In this document: piece by piece, positions 32,765 to 44,855 of the stretch
How positions within the stretch are numbered: the first letter of the stretch is position 1
Layout of the letters: the number at the start of each line of letters is the position of its first letter
DNA from: an uncultured Planctomycetaceae bacterium
GTDB lineage: Bacteria; Planctomycetota; Planctomycetia; Pirellulales; PALSA-1355
Direction of reading: 5' to 3'
Length of the DNA: 64,000 nucleotides
Assembly: GCA_963785305.1 (NCBI GenBank)
Contig: CAWAUV010000007.1
Span: forward strand, 864,001 to 928,000
Made by a program: the position numbers and the translations under genes
The notes under the pieces: model-generated
The model's database searches: none
Told to the model about the DNA's origin: nothing
The model's input: the letters and a program-made list of their open reading frames with translations, nothing else

Positions 32765-32793
32765 TTGACAGCGGGCGGGGGGGGTTCTAGATT
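32765..32793 (+). promoter_or_regulatory. Sigma-70 promoter upstream of rpmF
   Basis: TTGACA-17 bp-TAGATT. Confidence 0.75.
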
Positions 32794-32868
32794 ACGAGGT
32801 TTCCACCGTAAGCAAAAACCATTGAGTTCGACGCCGGCCCTCGGTCGGTGGGTCGAGAGGATTCCGTC

Positions 32869-33048
32869 ATGGCTGTTCCCAAGCGAAAAAGCTCGAATTC
32901 CCGCAGCGGCAGCCGCCGCGCTCATCACTTCATCAAGCCGCGACAACTGGAATACTGCCGCCAGTGCAGCACCGCCATTCCGTCGCACACGATCTGCCCC
33001 AAGTGCGGCCACTATATGGGCCGGCCGATGGTCGAGATCGAAGAGTAA
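32869..33048 (+). CDS. rpmF: 50S ribosomal protein L32 (Zn-ribbon form)
   Basis: MAVPKRKSSNSRSGSRRAH...CRQC...CPKCG.Y. Confidence 0.97.
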   Translation: MAVPKRKSSNSRSGSRRAHHFIKPRQLEYCRQCSTAIPSHTICPKCGHYMGRPMVEIEE

Positions 33049-33249
33049 TCGCCGGCCGATTTTTCACGGGTCGAACCGATTCGGGCCAAATTCCACGGGC
33101 TTGGGCGTTTCGCCGTCCCGATGTCGCTGGCGGTTGCCGGCCGCGGTCGACCAGTGATCGATTCGCCGCGATTTCGTTTTGCAAGCGAGTGAGGCATTGG
33201 AGTCGTCTGGGCACTCGGGACACTCGGGGCGACGCGGAGTCACTGGGCA

Positions 33250-34161
33250 TTGAGCAAAATCGCATTTCTATTTCCGGGTCAAGGCGCACAATCGGTCGGC
33301 ATGGGCCGCGCGCTCGCCGAATCGCTGCCGGCGGCCCGCGAGCTGTTTGACCGCGCGAACAATATCCTGGGCTACGACTTGGCCCGAATCTGCTTCGAGG
33401 GCCCTGCCGAAGAGCTCGACTCGACGGTTCACAGCCAGCCGGCTCTATTTGTCGTGAGCTTGGCGGCGGTCGAGCGGTTGCGGAGCGAGGCGCCCGAGAT
33501 TGTTGCCCAGTGTCAGGCGGCGGCCGGCTTGAGTTTGGGTGAATACACGGCGCTCGTGTTCGCGGGAGTGCTCGACTTCGAGGCCGGTCTGCGGCTGGTG
33601 CAGGAGCGTGGCGCCGCCATGCAAGACGCCTCCGACAACACCCCCAGCGGCATGGTCAGCATTCTCGGCCTCGATCGCGAGAAGGTCGAAGCCCTGTGCC
33701 AGGAGGCCCGCCAGGGCGATGTGCTCGAGGTGGCCAATCTGCTCTGCCCGGGCAATATCGCGATCTCGGGCGACAATGCCGCCTGCTTGCGAGCGGCGGA
33801 ATTGGCGCCGAGCCACGGAGCGATCAAGGCGGCGCCGCTCGCGGTGGCCGGGGCGTTTCACACCCAAATCATGGCGCCGGCGGTGGCAAGGCTCACGGCC
33901 GCGCTCGAGGGCGTTCCCCTCGCGCCGCCGCGAATTCCGGTGGTGTCGAATGTCGACGCCCAGCCGCATGGCGATCCCGAGGAGATTCGGGCGATCTTGG
34001 TGCGGCAGGTCTGCTCGCGGGTCCGCTGGGAAGACTCGATGCGGTATTTGCTCGCCCAGGGTTTTGATGAATTTTATGAAGTGGGGCCGGGCCGCGTGCT
34101 GCGGGGTTTGCTCAAGCGGATCGATCGCAAGATTCCCTGCCACGGAGCGCTCGATCCCTGA
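33250..34161 (+). CDS. fabD: Malonyl-CoA:ACP transacylase
   Basis: FLFPGQGAQ, GLSLGEY, VAGAFH, EVGPG.VL.GL. Confidence 0.97.
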   Translation: MSKIAFLFPGQGAQSVGMGRALAESLPAARELFDRANNILGYDLARICFEGPAEELDSTVHSQPALFVVSLAAVERLRSEAPEIVAQCQAAAGLSLGEYTALVFAGVLDFEAGLRLVQERGAAMQDASDNTPSGMVSILGLDREKVEALCQEARQGDVLEVANLLCPGNIAISGDNAACLRAAELAPSHGAIKAAPLAVAGAFHTQIMAPAVARLTAALEGVPLAPPRIPVVSNVDAQPHGDPEEIRAILVRQVCSRVRWEDSMRYLLAQGFDEFYEVGPGRVLRGLLKRIDRKIPCHGALDP

Positions 34162-34244
34162 TCGATATGCGTCTCGGATCGATCGACCAACTTTTTCGTC
34201 GGGCCGATTCGACCTTTCGGATTTTTAGAAAGCCAAAGAACACA

Positions 34245-35048
34245 ATGAACGATACCGCGAAGGGCGATAAAACCAAGGGCGACGCCGCTCCCTCGCCTGG
34301 AGTCACGTTTGATCTCTCGGGTCGAACGGCGCTCGTCACCGGCGCTTTGCGCGGCATTGGCCGCGCAATCGCGCTCGCCCTGGGCCGGGCCGGTTGCCGG
34401 GTGGCGTGCGTGGCGCGTTCGGTCGATAAGCTCGAAGAGACGGTGGCGGCGATTCGGGCCGCCGGTGGCGAGGGCGAGGCGATCGCCTGCGATGTGACCC
34501 AGGGCGCCAGCATCGATAAGGTGGTGGAGTCCGTCGTCGAAAAATGGAAAAAGCTAGACATCCTGGTCAACAATGCGGGCATCACTCGCGACACGCTCAC
34601 TCCGCGAATGTCCGACGACGACTGGGACTCGGTGATCAACACGAACCTACGCGGGGCGTTTTTGTTTACCAGGGCGGTAACTCGACCGATGATGCAGGCC
34701 CGATATGGTCGAATCATCAATATCGCGAGCGTGTCGGGCTTGGTGGGCAATCCGGGTCAAGCGAACTATTCGGCCTCGAAGGCGGGCATCATCGGCATGA
34801 CGCGAACCGTGGCCAAGGAACTGGCCAGTCGCAAAGTGACGGTGAATTCCGTGGCGCCGGGCTTTATCGCCACGGAAATGACCGACGCCTTGGGGCCGAT
34901 GGTGCTCGACGAGGTTAAGAAACGCATTCCGGCCAAGCGCGTGGGGCAAGCCGAGGAAATCGCCTACGCGGTGCTGTTTTTGGCCAGCGACGCGGCGGCA
35001 TACATTACGGGCCAAACGATTACGGTCGATGGCGGCATGACTTGCTAG
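34245..35048 (+). CDS. fabG: 3-oxoacyl-ACP reductase
   Basis: TGA.RGIG, NNAGITRD, GNPGQANYSASK, APGFIATEMT. Confidence 0.96.
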   Translation: MNDTAKGDKTKGDAAPSPGVTFDLSGRTALVTGALRGIGRAIALALGRAGCRVACVARSVDKLEETVAAIRAAGGEGEAIACDVTQGASIDKVVESVVEKWKKLDILVNNAGITRDTLTPRMSDDDWDSVINTNLRGAFLFTRAVTRPMMQARYGRIINIASVSGLVGNPGQANYSASKAGIIGMTRTVAKELASRKVTVNSVAPGFIATEMTDALGPMVLDEVKKRIPAKRVGQAEEIAYAVLFLASDAAAYITGQTITVDGGMTC

Positions 35049-35274
35049 GCGGAGGCGACTCGCCCCGCGCGGCAGTCGCGTAAGAGCCTATCCGAGAACT
35101 TCGGCGGGCTCTCACCTTACCCTCTTCCAAACGGGGAAAGGGAAGTGCCGCCGAGGGTCGCGCGATGCATGGAGGCCTAGGAAAAACAGGGTCTTTGGAT
35201 AAAATGACGTGAAGAGCGAGTGGTCGGCCGGCCTGATGATATGGGGAAATCGGGAACTGCCGGGAGAGAAGGTC

Positions 35275-35304
35275 TTGACCCGCGCCGCGCCGATGCTCTA
35301 TCCT
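35275..35304 (+). promoter_or_regulatory. Putative sigma-70 promoter upstream of acpP
   Basis: TTGACC-18 bp-TATCCT. Confidence 0.45.
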
Positions 35305-35547
35305 TGTCGCTTCCAACGGCTTGTCACTCACAGCGAGCGAACAATCGCACTTGAGGTCGGTCGCCGAGATCGTGTATCGGAGGCCCATCGACGATGAGTG
35401 TCGGCGGCGTTGCTCGTCGATGGGGGGCGTGAAGCAAATTGGTTTTGGGGCGAATCGAGTCGTTGGATTCGACGTTCATCACGAGCCGGTCTCCTCGGTC
35501 CCGGGAGAGGCTCATTTCTTGCCAGCGAATAGCGGGGGGTACGTAAG

Positions 35548-35784
35548 GTGGCGTCAGTTCAAGAGCGTGTCATTGATATCGTCGCCGAGCAACTCGGCGT
35601 CGACAAGGAAAAGATCACCGCGGAGACCTCGTTCGTCAACGACCTCGGCGCCGATTCTCTCGACACCGTGGAATTGGTCATGGAACTCGAGGAAGAGTTC
35701 GATATCAATATTCCCGACGACGCGGCCGAAAAGATTCAGACCGTCGGACAGGCTGTCGAATACATCGAAAAAACCCAGTCGTAG
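35548..35784 (+). CDS. acpP: Acyl carrier protein
   Basis: [20 protein letters not shown]. Confidence 0.98.
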   Translation: MASVQERVIDIVAEQLGVDKEKITAETSFVNDLGADSLDTVELVMELEEEFDINIPDDAAEKIQTVGQAVEYIEKTQS

Positions 35785-35808
35785 CACAACCCAGTCGTAA
35801 ATGGTTCC

Positions 35809-37044
35809 ATGAAGCGCCGCGTCGTCATCACCGGCCTCGGCGTTGTCACGTCGTTGGCCAGCAAGGTCGAAGATCTCTGGAAACGCGTGCTCGAGGGCGA
35901 AAGCGGCATCCACGAACTTCGCCTCTTCGACACATCCGGTTACAAAGTTCGCTTCGGCGGCGATGTGCTCGATTGGTCGACCGAGGGCTATCTCACGGCC
36001 TACGACGCCAAGCGCATCGACCGCTTTACCCAGTTCGCCCTGGTCGCGGCGATCGACGCGGTGCGCGATTCGGGCATCGACTTCGCGAAAGAAGACCCCT
36101 ATCGCTCCGGCGTGATTCTGGGCTCCGGCATCGGCGGCCTGATCGAGATCGAAACCCAGGTCGAGCGGCTGCTGCACAAGGGGCCCGATAAAGTCTCGGC
36201 CTTCACGATTCCCAAGCTGATGATCAACGCCGCCGCCGGCCATGTGTCGATCCAGTTTGGCCTCCGCGGCCCGAACTACGCCGTGGCCACGGCCTGCGCC
36301 AGCGCGACCAACGCGATTGGCGACGCGGTGAAGGCGATCCAGTACGACGACGCCGATGTGATGATCACCGGCGGCGCCGAAGCCGCGATCACGCCCATGG
36401 GCATCAGCGGCTTCGCCAATATGCGGGCCCTCAGCGAGCGCAACGACGCGCCGCAGAAAGCCAGCCGGCCCTTCGACCGCGACCGCGACGGCTTCGTGCT
36501 CAGCGAGGGCGCGGGCGTCGTGGTGCTCGAAGAGCTCGAACACGCCAAATCGCGCGGCGCCAATATCTTGGCCGAAGTGCTCGGCTACGGCGCGAGCGCC
36601 GACGCCGGCCACATTACCCAGCCCGACGCCGAGGGAACCGGCGCCGCGCGGGCGATGGAATGCGCCCTGCGCGACGGAAAAATCGCGGCCGAGGATATCG
36701 GCTACATCAATGCCCACGGCACCAGCACCCCGCTGGGCGATCAGGCCGAAACCGTGGCGATCAAACGCATCTTCGGGCCGCACGCCAAGCGGCTGAGCAT
36801 TTCGAGCACCAAGAGCCAGCTTGGCCACCTGCTCGGCGCGAGCGGCGGCGTGGAACTGGTGCTCGCGGTGCTCGCCCTTCGCGACGGAATGATCCCGCCG
36901 ACGATCAATCTGGAAACACCCGATCCGAACTGCGACCTCGATTACACGCCGAACACGGCGCGGGAGCGGCCGATTCGCGCCGCGATGTCGAACAGCTTCG
37001 GCTTCGGCGGCCACAACGCCTCGGTGATCGTGGGCCACCGATAA
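35809..37044 (+). CDS. fabF: 3-oxoacyl-ACP synthase II
   Basis: [38 protein letters not shown]. Confidence 0.97.
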   Translation: MKRRVVITGLGVVTSLASKVEDLWKRVLEGESGIHELRLFDTSGYKVRFGGDVLDWSTEGYLTAYDAKRIDRFTQFALVAAIDAVRDSGIDFAKEDPYRSGVILGSGIGGLIEIETQVERLLHKGPDKVSAFTIPKLMINAAAGHVSIQFGLRGPNYAVATACASATNAIGDAVKAIQYDDADVMITGGAEAAITPMGISGFANMRALSERNDAPQKASRPFDRDRDGFVLSEGAGVVVLEELEHAKSRGANILAEVLGYGASADAGHITQPDAEGTGAARAMECALRDGKIAAEDIGYINAHGTSTPLGDQAETVAIKRIFGPHAKRLSISSTKSQLGHLLGASGGVELVLAVLALRDGMIPPTINLETPDPNCDLDYTPNTARERPIRAAMSNSFGFGGHNASVIVGHR

Positions 37045-37268
37045 GCGCCGGTCGGGCGGAGTGGACCTCGCGTTTCGCGCGGCATGCCCCGACGACGGGA
37101 AGAGCGTGGCTGCCTTCGGCGGCTCCCCCGTTTACAACTGTTTGGCCGGTTGCCTATCATGTTTGTTTGCCATCGCCCAGCGTTTTTGGAAGCGCTGGCG
37201 TTTCGGGCGCATGTCCGCGGCGGGGCTTTTTTGTCTTTTTCGGGTCGGCTTCGGGCCGGTTTCTTTCC

Positions 37269-38156
37269 ATGAGCACCAAGGGTGAAGCGTTTGCCGGACT
37301 TTCCGTGGCCATGACCACGCCGTTTCTCAATGGCGCCGTCGATTTTGCCATGCTCCGCAAGCAGACCGACTTCTTGATCGCGGCCGGAGTGCAGTGCCTC
37401 GTGCCGATGGGCACCACCGGCGAATCGCCCACGCTCACGCACGACGAGCACGAGCGGGTGATCGGCGCCGTGATCGAGCACACCGCCGGCCGCGCGAAGG
37501 TCATGGCCGGCGCCGGCTCGAACAGCACCGCCGAAGCGCTGCGGCTCACCAAGAGCGCTGCCCGCGCCGGGGCCGACGCGGCCCTGATCGTTGGGCCCTA
37601 TTACAACAAGCCGACCCAAGAAGGCTTCTATCGCCACTTCAAGGCGATCGTCGAAGAAGTCGATCTGCCGATCTGCGTGTACAACATTCCCGGACGCACC
37701 GGCAAGAATATCGAGCCCGAAACGATCATTCGCCTGGCCGAGCTGAAGAATATCGCGATGCTCAAGGAAGCGACCGGCCAGATGGATCAGGCTTCGCAGG
37801 TGCTGGCCACGACGAACCTCACCGTGCTCAGTGGCGACGATAGCATGACCCTGCCGCTGATGGCGATCGGCGGTCGGGGCGTGATCTCGGTGGTGGGCAA
37901 TATCGTGCCCGGCGACATGCTCGCGCTGATTCGCGCCTTCGAGGCAGGAGATCTAGCCAAGGCCCGCCAGTGGCATCACAAGCTGTTTTTCCTATGCCGC
38001 GATCTGCTGGGCCTGTCGACGAACCCGATTCCGATCAAGGCGGCGATGAAGCTGCTCGGTCGCGACACGGGCGAACTGCGGATGCCGCTCTTGCCCCTGG
38101 AACACGATGGCGAAGCCCGCCTGCGCGCCGCGCTCTCGAAATACGGGCTCCTCTAG
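37269..38156 (+). CDS. dapA: 4-hydroxy-tetrahydrodipicolinate synthase
   Basis: [43 protein letters not shown]. Start MSTKG at 37269. Confidence 0.97.
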   Translation: MSTKGEAFAGLSVAMTTPFLNGAVDFAMLRKQTDFLIAAGVQCLVPMGTTGESPTLTHDEHERVIGAVIEHTAGRAKVMAGAGSNSTAEALRLTKSAARAGADAALIVGPYYNKPTQEGFYRHFKAIVEEVDLPICVYNIPGRTGKNIEPETIIRLAELKNIAMLKEATGQMDQASQVLATTNLTVLSGDDSMTLPLMAIGGRGVISVVGNIVPGDMLALIRAFEAGDLAKARQWHHKLFFLCRDLLGLSTNPIPIKAAMKLLGRDTGELRMPLLPLEHDGEARLRAALSKYGLL

Positions 38157-38196
38157 TGCTTTGTCACGGTCGAAACGACGGATTGGATTCGTTCCG

Positions 38197-38282
38197 TGTG
38201 CCCCATGCCCTCGGTCCCGCGTGGGCATGAGGACCGCGCGTTGCGCTTGAGAACATGCCCACGCAAGCGTGGGCATGGCACG
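38197..38282. repeat. REP-like palindrome doublet between convergent genes
   Basis: CATGCCCACGCAAGCGTGGGCATG hairpin plus a degenerate partner; related to 50561..50645. Confidence 0.75.
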
Positions 38283-38340
38283 CGAGCAAACGGGGTTACC
38301 TGCCATTTCAGCCGTGACAAAGCACTCGGCCGCCCGCGGG

Positions 38341-39281
38341 TTACGACAACGATTTGTTTCTCTTCGCGGGCTGCACCAAAGCCGCTCCCGAGAGGCCGGA
38401 GACGATTTTCCGGGCGACGCTTCCGAGCGACAGATCGAACACACCCCGTCGGCCATGCGTTTCGAGGGCGACCAGGGCGTCTTCCATTTGGGTTGCTTCT
38501 TCGAGGATCGCGGCCCCTGGATCGGCGCTGACGATCACCTTGGTCTCGGCTCGGAGGCCGCTGGACTGCAAGTGTTTCGCGATTCCCGTCAGATATCGCC
38601 GGGCCTCGGCGATTTCGCGCTCTTGGATGTGGTGCAGTTCTTGGATCAGCGTGGGAGTTCGCGCGGAGAGGCTGATAAGGTCGAGCTCCGGCGCCGTGCG
38701 GGGAATATCGCTGATCACCCGGACCAAGCGGCAGGAAGCTCCGGTCAATTGGGCGAACTCCGCGACGGGCGCGAGAATCTCCTCGGCCACCGCCGAGCCA
38801 TCGAGTGGAACCAGAATTTCGCGCGGGCCGGCGACATGCGGCGAGTCGTCGCCGGATTTCTTCGATCCGAGCATCAGGAGCGGAACGGGCGAAATCTGCA
38901 TCAACTCGACGGCGACGCTGCCGAGCCAAAGTCGCCCCAAGGCGCCGCGGCCGTGCGTCGTCATCACGATCATGTCGATCTTCGCGGCCTTGGCGTGGTT
39001 GGCGATCATGCGCGCGACGTGCGATTCCGTGAGCAGCGCGACATCAATGGGAACTTGCGTCTGGAGCCGAAGCTCCTTGGCGATCCGTTCCAGATAACTC
39101 AGCCAAAGGTCTTGAACATAGCCCGAAGCATCGTCACGGCCTCCGAAGAAATGCCGGGTTTCCGTGGCGACGGCAACCAAATGAAGACTCGCGCCGTGCG
39201 CTCGGCAATGTTGATTGCCACCGGCAGCGCTTGCTCGGAAAACATGGAGCCATCGAGCGGGGTCAGAATCGAGCGATACAT
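38341..39281 (-). CDS. Tandem universal stress protein; frameshift at ~39190
   Basis: MYRSILTPLDGS.FSEQAL, MTTHGRG..GR..LGSVA, ILVPLDGS..AE, THGRRG...LGSVA. Confidence 0.9.
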
Positions 39282-39446
39282 GGAATCGGCCCTTACAAGT
39301 CAATGGTGTTGGGAGCTTCGGAAAGGCGCCGCCGAACCGACGAAAGGCGTTGTGGGCGATTGCCGGCGCTCGAGGGGGAAACTGGCGGTTTTCATCGCCC
39401 AAGCATTCTAAAAACGAGCCAGTTCCCCCCACGCCGAGATAGGGGG

Positions 39447-39950
39447 TTACTTCTTGAAAGGCGGAACATTCAGCAGCTTCAAAAGTTGCTCATGTTCGTC
39501 GGCCGCCGCTTTCAGCTCTTTCTCCGCTTCGGCGCAATGCTTCATCACCGTGGCCGAATCGCCATCTTCCATCGCTTCCTTGTCGAGCATGACGCAAAGT
39601 TGGGTCGCTCGCTGTCCATGCGCGTTGATCGAGGCGACGAGTTTCGCGACCGCCGGATTTTTCTGGGCGGCCTCGCTGACGCGTGAGTACGACCGCTTCG
39701 ACGACTCGACGTTGGAGCGAATTGCGCTCGCGTGTTCCTCGATCACGGGCGCCGGCACCGTGGCTCCCGCGGCCGAATAGCGGTTCAGCAGTTGGGCATG
39801 ATCGTAGGCGTGGTCGTTGTAGTTTCCGCCCGACCAGATTTCATAGGCGTCGCCGCGAATTTTCGAACCCGCGTCGCGCTGGGCCCAAGCGGGCCGGGCC
39901 ACCGACGACAATCCCACAACGACTAGCACCGCCGTAATCCAGGTTTTCAT
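39447..39950 (-). CDS. Secreted helical hypothetical protein
   Basis: Signal peptide MKTWITAVLVVVGLSSVARPAWA, His-rich helical mature part. Confidence 0.7.
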   Translation of the reverse strand: MKTWITAVLVVVGLSSVARPAWAQRDAGSKIRGDAYEIWSGGNYNDHAYDHAQLLNRYSAAGATVPAPVIEEHASAIRSNVESSKRSYSRVSEAAQKNPAVAKLVASINAHGQRATQLCVMLDKEAMEDGDSATVMKHCAEAEKELKAAADEHEQLLKLLNVPPFKK

Positions 39951-40046
39951 GACAATTCCCCACGATAACGATGTTATTTGCATCGCCAGCCCGAAGGGCG
40001 TCCGGCGCCGTTCGATTCATGCTGACTGACAATGGTCGGGGAGTCA

Positions 40047-40063
40047 TGCAGGTTGCATGCCGA
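40047..40063 (-). promoter_or_regulatory. Candidate sigma-54 (-24/-12) promoter
   Basis: Minus strand TCGGCATGCAACCTGCA = GG-N10-GC, ~100 bp upstream of the 39950 start. Confidence 0.55.
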
Positions 40064-40257
40064 GCCGTTTTCGGGGGGACGATTCGGCGCTGTAAGTCGT
40101 ATTCCTCGTGGAAGATCGGGCTCAAAAAACGAATATAAAATCGCCTTCCTTGGCGAGGATGCCGGGCGGTCGAAAGTGGGCGATTTCATGGGCGTGTGCG
40201 GTTTCGTCACAAAATGAAAGATCGAAACCGGCTGGCACGCGGCGGCGCGCCAGGGGC

Positions 40258-40850
40258 TCATCGGGGCGCTCGGAAGAGTTTTTCGAGCGAGAGAACTTCG
40301 GCGCGGCGTCGACCAATTTGATGTTTCGATCGGCGGCGAGCTCTTGCAGCCTCCGGAAAGCTTCGCGCTCGTCCACGCCGGGCACTTTCATCAACATGCC
40401 TTTCGCCTGCTCGACGAGCTTGCGTTCGACGAGCGCGAGCTTCAGCTCGCTGGCTTCCTCGCGCAAGGCTTGAAAGTCGCGAAATCGCTGCATGGCCAAA
40501 GTGATCGCGGGCGGCAGATCCACTTGGCCGATCGGCTTGACCAAATAAGCGAGCACATGGTCGCCCGCGGCGCGGCTAATCAACGACGCTTCGTGATAGG
40601 CCGAAACAAGAATCACCGGCGTCGGACGCAGGCGGCAAATCTCGGTGGCCGCCTCGATGCCATCAATGCCGGGCATCTTGATATCGGTAATCACGAGGTC
40701 CGGCTGGAGCACCTGGCAATGTTCGATGAGTTGTCGGCCGTTTTCGGCGGTGGAAACGACATGATGCCCGAGTCGCGAGAGCGCGCGTTCGAAGAAGTCG
40801 CGCATATCCGGCTCGTCGTCGGCGATGGCGATTCGCAAGGAGTCGCTCAT
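40258..40850 (-). CDS. REC-ANTAR response regulator (AmiR/NasT/PdtaR type); frameshift at the very 3' end
   Basis: REC (DDE, TDIKMP, YLVKP) + ANTAR (LVERKLVEQAKGMLM...EREAFRRLQ.LA). Confidence 0.92.
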
Positions 40851-42285
40851 GATTCGCTCCGCGGCAGAAGAATCGAGATTTCGGCGCCCGGTCCGTCATG
40901 GTCGGCGACTTCGATCGCGCCGCCATGCGATTCGACGATCCGTTTGGCGATCGCCATTCCCAGGCCGGTGCCTTTGCTCTTGGTGGTAAAAAACGGCTCG
41001 AAGATTCGGGCTCGCTGTTCGGGAGTCATGCCTGGCCCCGTGTCGCGAATATCGATTCGCAGGGCCGACCGCCCATCGAGCGTCGCCGCGTTGCAAGAGA
41101 CGCTCACGCTCGACCGAGGCGGCGCCGCTTGGATCGCATTTTCGAAGATATTGCGAATCACTTGCCCCAGGGCGAAGTAATCGGCGCGGCAGATCGGGTC
41201 GGTCTCGACCTGCTCGTTCAGCGCGATCACGCCCTTGGTTCGCGTGTGCGCCAAGTTGGACCAGGTTTCGCGCCACAGGGCCGCCACATTGCAGGTGTCG
41301 CGTTCGAGATTGATTGGCGCGGCGTATTGCCGCACTTCCTCGTACAGACGTTGCAGGTCATCTTGGGCCCTTTGGACGTGCGCGATCAAATCCAGGGCGA
41401 CCGGATGGTTCTCGAGTTCCATCACCAGCATTTCCAGGCAAGCTTTGCTGCGCTGCACGCGCGTTGCGGCCTTCATGCACCAGCCCGGCCATGGTCTCGC
41501 CGATCGCGGCCAGGCGTTCGGCTTGCAGCGCCTCTGTGTTCGGCGCCTTTGCGGGCCGTGACATCGCGAATCGAAATCAGATTCAAGCCGGGCAAGAAAT
41601 CGGCGACCGCCAGATATTCGATATCGACCTGGCTCCCGTCGCGACAAAACATGACTCCCTGCACAAGCTGCTCGCCGCCGCGCAAGATGCGCTGCAATGT
41701 CCGGGGGCCGTCGAGGTCGGTCTCCGAGAGATGGATCAAGTCGGTCAGCGAGCAATCGCCGATGTCGCTCGAATATCCCAGAATCGAGCGGGCCTCGCGA
41801 TTCAGTTCGACCAGCCGCCCGTTCGAGTCCACGATCAGCAGGCCGTCGAGCGTGTTGTCGAAGATCGCGCGCATGCGCAGTTCGCCGCGGCGCAGCGCTT
41901 CGGCCGAGCGCCGGCGGTCGGCCACGCGATCCAAACTTGCGCGGAGCGCTTCGGGATTGATCGGCTTGAGAATATAGTCGGCCGCGCCCTGCCGCAGGGC
42001 GGCGATCGCGCCATCGAGATCGAGCAGCCCGGTGACCATGATCACGCTGGCCTGGGGCGCCAAATTCCTCAGTTGCCGCAGGAGATCGATTCCATCGGCG
42101 TCGGGCAGGCGGCGGTCGAGCAGAATGGCCGTGTAGCGATCCCAGCCATCGCGAGCCAAGGCCGCCTTGGCCGTGCCTACCGAGTCGACCGACCAGTGGG
42201 TCAGTTCGAGGATATCAGTCAGATTCATTCTGGCGTCGACATCGTCTTCGATGATGAGAACACGGAGCAGTTCGGTGTCTTTCAT
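40847..42285 (-). CDS. Hybrid REC-PAS-histidine kinase; two frameshifts (~41550, ~41460)
   Basis: REC, PAS, LAAIGETMAGLVHEGRN H-box, NIFENAIQA, DTGPGM, FEPFFTTK..GTGLGMAI. Confidence 0.88.
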
Positions 42286-43046
42286 GGCGTCGTCCGATCA
42301 CTACTGAGTCGACGAATGGTTCCGAGCAATTTCGACATATCGAAGGGCTTGTAACACACGGCGCCGACGCCTTTGCGCACCGATTCTCGAATCAACTCCG
42401 TCGATTCGCCGCCATGGGCGGTGATTAAAATCACTTCGATCGAAGGCGCCTGCCGCTTGGCCGATTCAAGCACGTCGATTCCCCCGCCATCGGGCAGTAT
42501 CAGATCGACCAGCGCCGCGCGAAATGGGGCGCGACCGATTTGGGACCGCGCCGCGGCGACATTGTGGGCCAAAGCCACGCGGTAGCCCTCGGCGCGCAGC
42601 ACATCCCAAAGCGATTGACAGAGGTCTTGGTCGTCGTCGACCAGGAGGATCAACGGCTGATCCAGGGCTTTCGAGACATGGTCGAGCAGACGCTCGAAAT
42701 CGACCGGTTTCGACATTACTTTCCACGCGCCGGCGGTCATCGCCTCCTCGGCGGTCGTGTTGCCGGCGTAGGCCGTGATAAGGATCGCCACCGTTTCGGC
42801 CGAATGATGCCGAATGTGTCGATACAAGGCGAGGCCGTCCATGCCCGGCATTTTCAGGTCGAGCAGCGCCACATCATAGCGCTGCTCGCCGAGCAATCGC
42901 AGGGCGCCTGGGCCATCGGAGGCCACGTCCACGTGGTATCCGAGCTCGCTGAAAATATCGCGCAGGTTCTCGCAAATATCGGGCTCGTCGTCGACCACGA
43001 GAATCCGCGTCGCATGGGCCTGTTGCACCACGAAATCCTTATTCAA
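42282..43046 (-). CDS. Tandem double receiver-domain protein
   Basis: Two REC domains (VVDDE..LLDLKMPG..KP and LVDDD..LVDLILPD..KP), no output domain. Confidence 0.9.
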   Translation of the reverse strand: MNKDFVVQQAHATRILVVDDEPDICENLRDIFSELGYHVDVASDGPGALRLLGEQRYDVALLDLKMPGMDGLALYRHIRHHSAETVAILITAYAGNTTAEEAMTAGAWKVMSKPVDFERLLDHVSKALDQPLILLVDDDQDLCQSLWDVLRAEGYRVALAHNVAAARSQIGRAPFRAALVDLILPDGGGIDVLESAKRQAPSIEVILITAHGGESTELIRESVRKGVGAVCYKPFDMSKLLGTIRRLSSDRTTP

Positions 43047-44247
43047 TGCGTTCGACCCGCGCCGGGGTTGGCGTCGGGCGACACGGGTTTCGAAAACGCG
43101 GTCAGTCGAATGGTCGCCGTGGTTCCCTCGCCCACGCGACTCGTGATTTTCAATTTGGCCTCGTGCTTGTCGAGAATGGCGGTGGCGATCGCCAGCCCGA
43201 GCCCGATGCCGCGAGGCTTGGTCGAGTACAACGGCTCCACGATTCGCTCCAGATGTTCGGCGGGAATGCCGCTTCCCGTGTCATGCACGGAAATGTCGAA
43301 ATGCTCGGACCCCGGCGCGGCGGCTAGGCGCAGCGTTCCTCCGTCGGGCATCGCGTCGCAGGCATTGCGAACAAGATTGCCGAGCACGATGGCCAATTGC
43401 TTCGCATCGCCGAGAATCATCGGCGCATCCTCGGGACAGTCGATCGTGACCCGCACATTCGCCGGAACCGGGCAGTCGTCGACCACGCTTTGAAAAAACG
43501 TCGGCCCCGCGATCGGGCGCATTTCCGGCGCCGGCAGGCGGGCAAAGCTGTTCAAAGCCGTGATCACGTCGTCGGCCGATCCCACCTGCCGATTGATGCG
43601 CTCCAAATGCGCCGCGATTTTTTCGGCCGGCAGCTTTTCGCATTCAACAGATAATAGACCGACGTCTTGATCACATTGAGCGGGTTTCGCAGTTCGTGCG
43701 CGATGCCGCCGGCGACTTGGCCGATCGTGGCCAAGCGTTCGACTTGCTGTTGTCGTCGGCGATAGGCGGTTTGATAAGCGTCTTCGATGATCGCCAGGTC
43801 CAGGTCGAGCAACCGATTGAGCGAACGCCGCGAACAAATCAGTTCAGTGGAATCGCCCTTCCAGTTTAGCTCCAAGGCGCGATCCAGTCCCTCGCGCAGC
43901 CGCGAGAGCGCGGCGTTGGTAAACACTTGATCGAGACCGATTTCGACATGGCGAAAACCGACTCGCCAGCGGCGGGCGACATAGTGCTCGTCGTAGACAC
44001 CCGACACCAAGTCGTCGAGCCAGCGGATCAAGGTGCCCTTGAGACGCTCGATTTGTCGCGGGCCGCCGGTGATCACCCGGCGGGTTGCTTCGTGGCGCTC
44101 GATTTCGGCATAGAAGTCTTCGATGAGCGCCGCGAACTCGGGCCGCACGAGCGCTCCCAAAGCCGCCACGCGCCGTGCGTCGGCATCGCTCCAGCCGACA
44201 TAGGCTTGGAGTTCCTGGTAGCGGAGAAAAAGTTCTTCGTTTCGCAT
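43043..44247 (-). CDS. Protoglobin (globin-coupled sensor) histidine kinase; frameshift at ~43640
   Basis: FY..I......R......QIERLK.TL..W...L..G.YD..Y...R.RVG..HV.IGL globin-sensor pattern, IAHELRNPL H-box, HATPase NLVRNA..DTGSGI..GIGLGL. Confidence 0.88.
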
Positions 44248-44545
44248 CGGCTTCCCGGGGACTGGAGATCGCGACCCGGCCAATTGGCTCGCCGGAGAGA
44301 TTTAATTCGACATTCATGTCACGGGGCTCTAGTATCATGCATGTTCGATGCGCTCGCGAGGGGCGCATCATGACACGATGGCGTTGCTCGGTTCACATGC
44401 TCTGGCGCGAGTCAGGGTAGCGGGTGCCCCATTTGTCTCTCTAGACCGCCGATTCATGCGGAATCGAGCCGGGTCGTCTCCCAAGATCGGCGTCGCCGAT
44501 CGACCGTTTTGTTGATCCCCGATTCTCAAACTCACGGTGTGCGTC

Positions 44546-44812
44546 ATGATCGCTTCCACGGATAGGCAGAGTGGTTCACGCCTCGAGTTGAACCAGCAAT
44601 ACTCATCGCTGCAATCGCTCCAGTCGCTTTTGCAATCAAGCAACTATTCCGCGCTGCGGCGGATTCGCTGCGAACTCGACTCTGGCGGCGACCTGCGCCT
44701 CCTGGGCGAGGTTCCCAACTATCATCTGAAGCAGATCGCGCTCGCCTTGGCCATTCGAATTTGCCCCCGGCAACGCGTCTCGGGCGATGCGTTGTTCGTG
44801 CGGCGTTCTTGA
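44546..44812 (+). CDS. Small BON-like domain protein (planctomycete type)
   Basis: S.Y.ALRRIRC......LRLLGEVPNYHLKQIA. Confidence 0.65.
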   Translation: MIASTDRQSGSRLELNQQYSSLQSLQSLLQSSNYSALRRIRCELDSGGDLRLLGEVPNYHLKQIALALAIRICPRQRVSGDALFVRRS

Positions 44813-44855
44813 TTGCGTCTCCGCGGGGCGAGCAATCCCGGGCGATCCGCGGCTG

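Noticed and set aside
35772..35800. Direct repeat AACCCAGTCGTA x2 at the acpP stop
   Set aside because: A 12-bp micro-duplication with no evident function.
39955..44540. ANTAR-binding dual-hairpin RNA motif near the ANTAR gene
   Set aside because: I could not identify a convincing pair of hexaloop hairpins by eye; a covariance-model search is needed.
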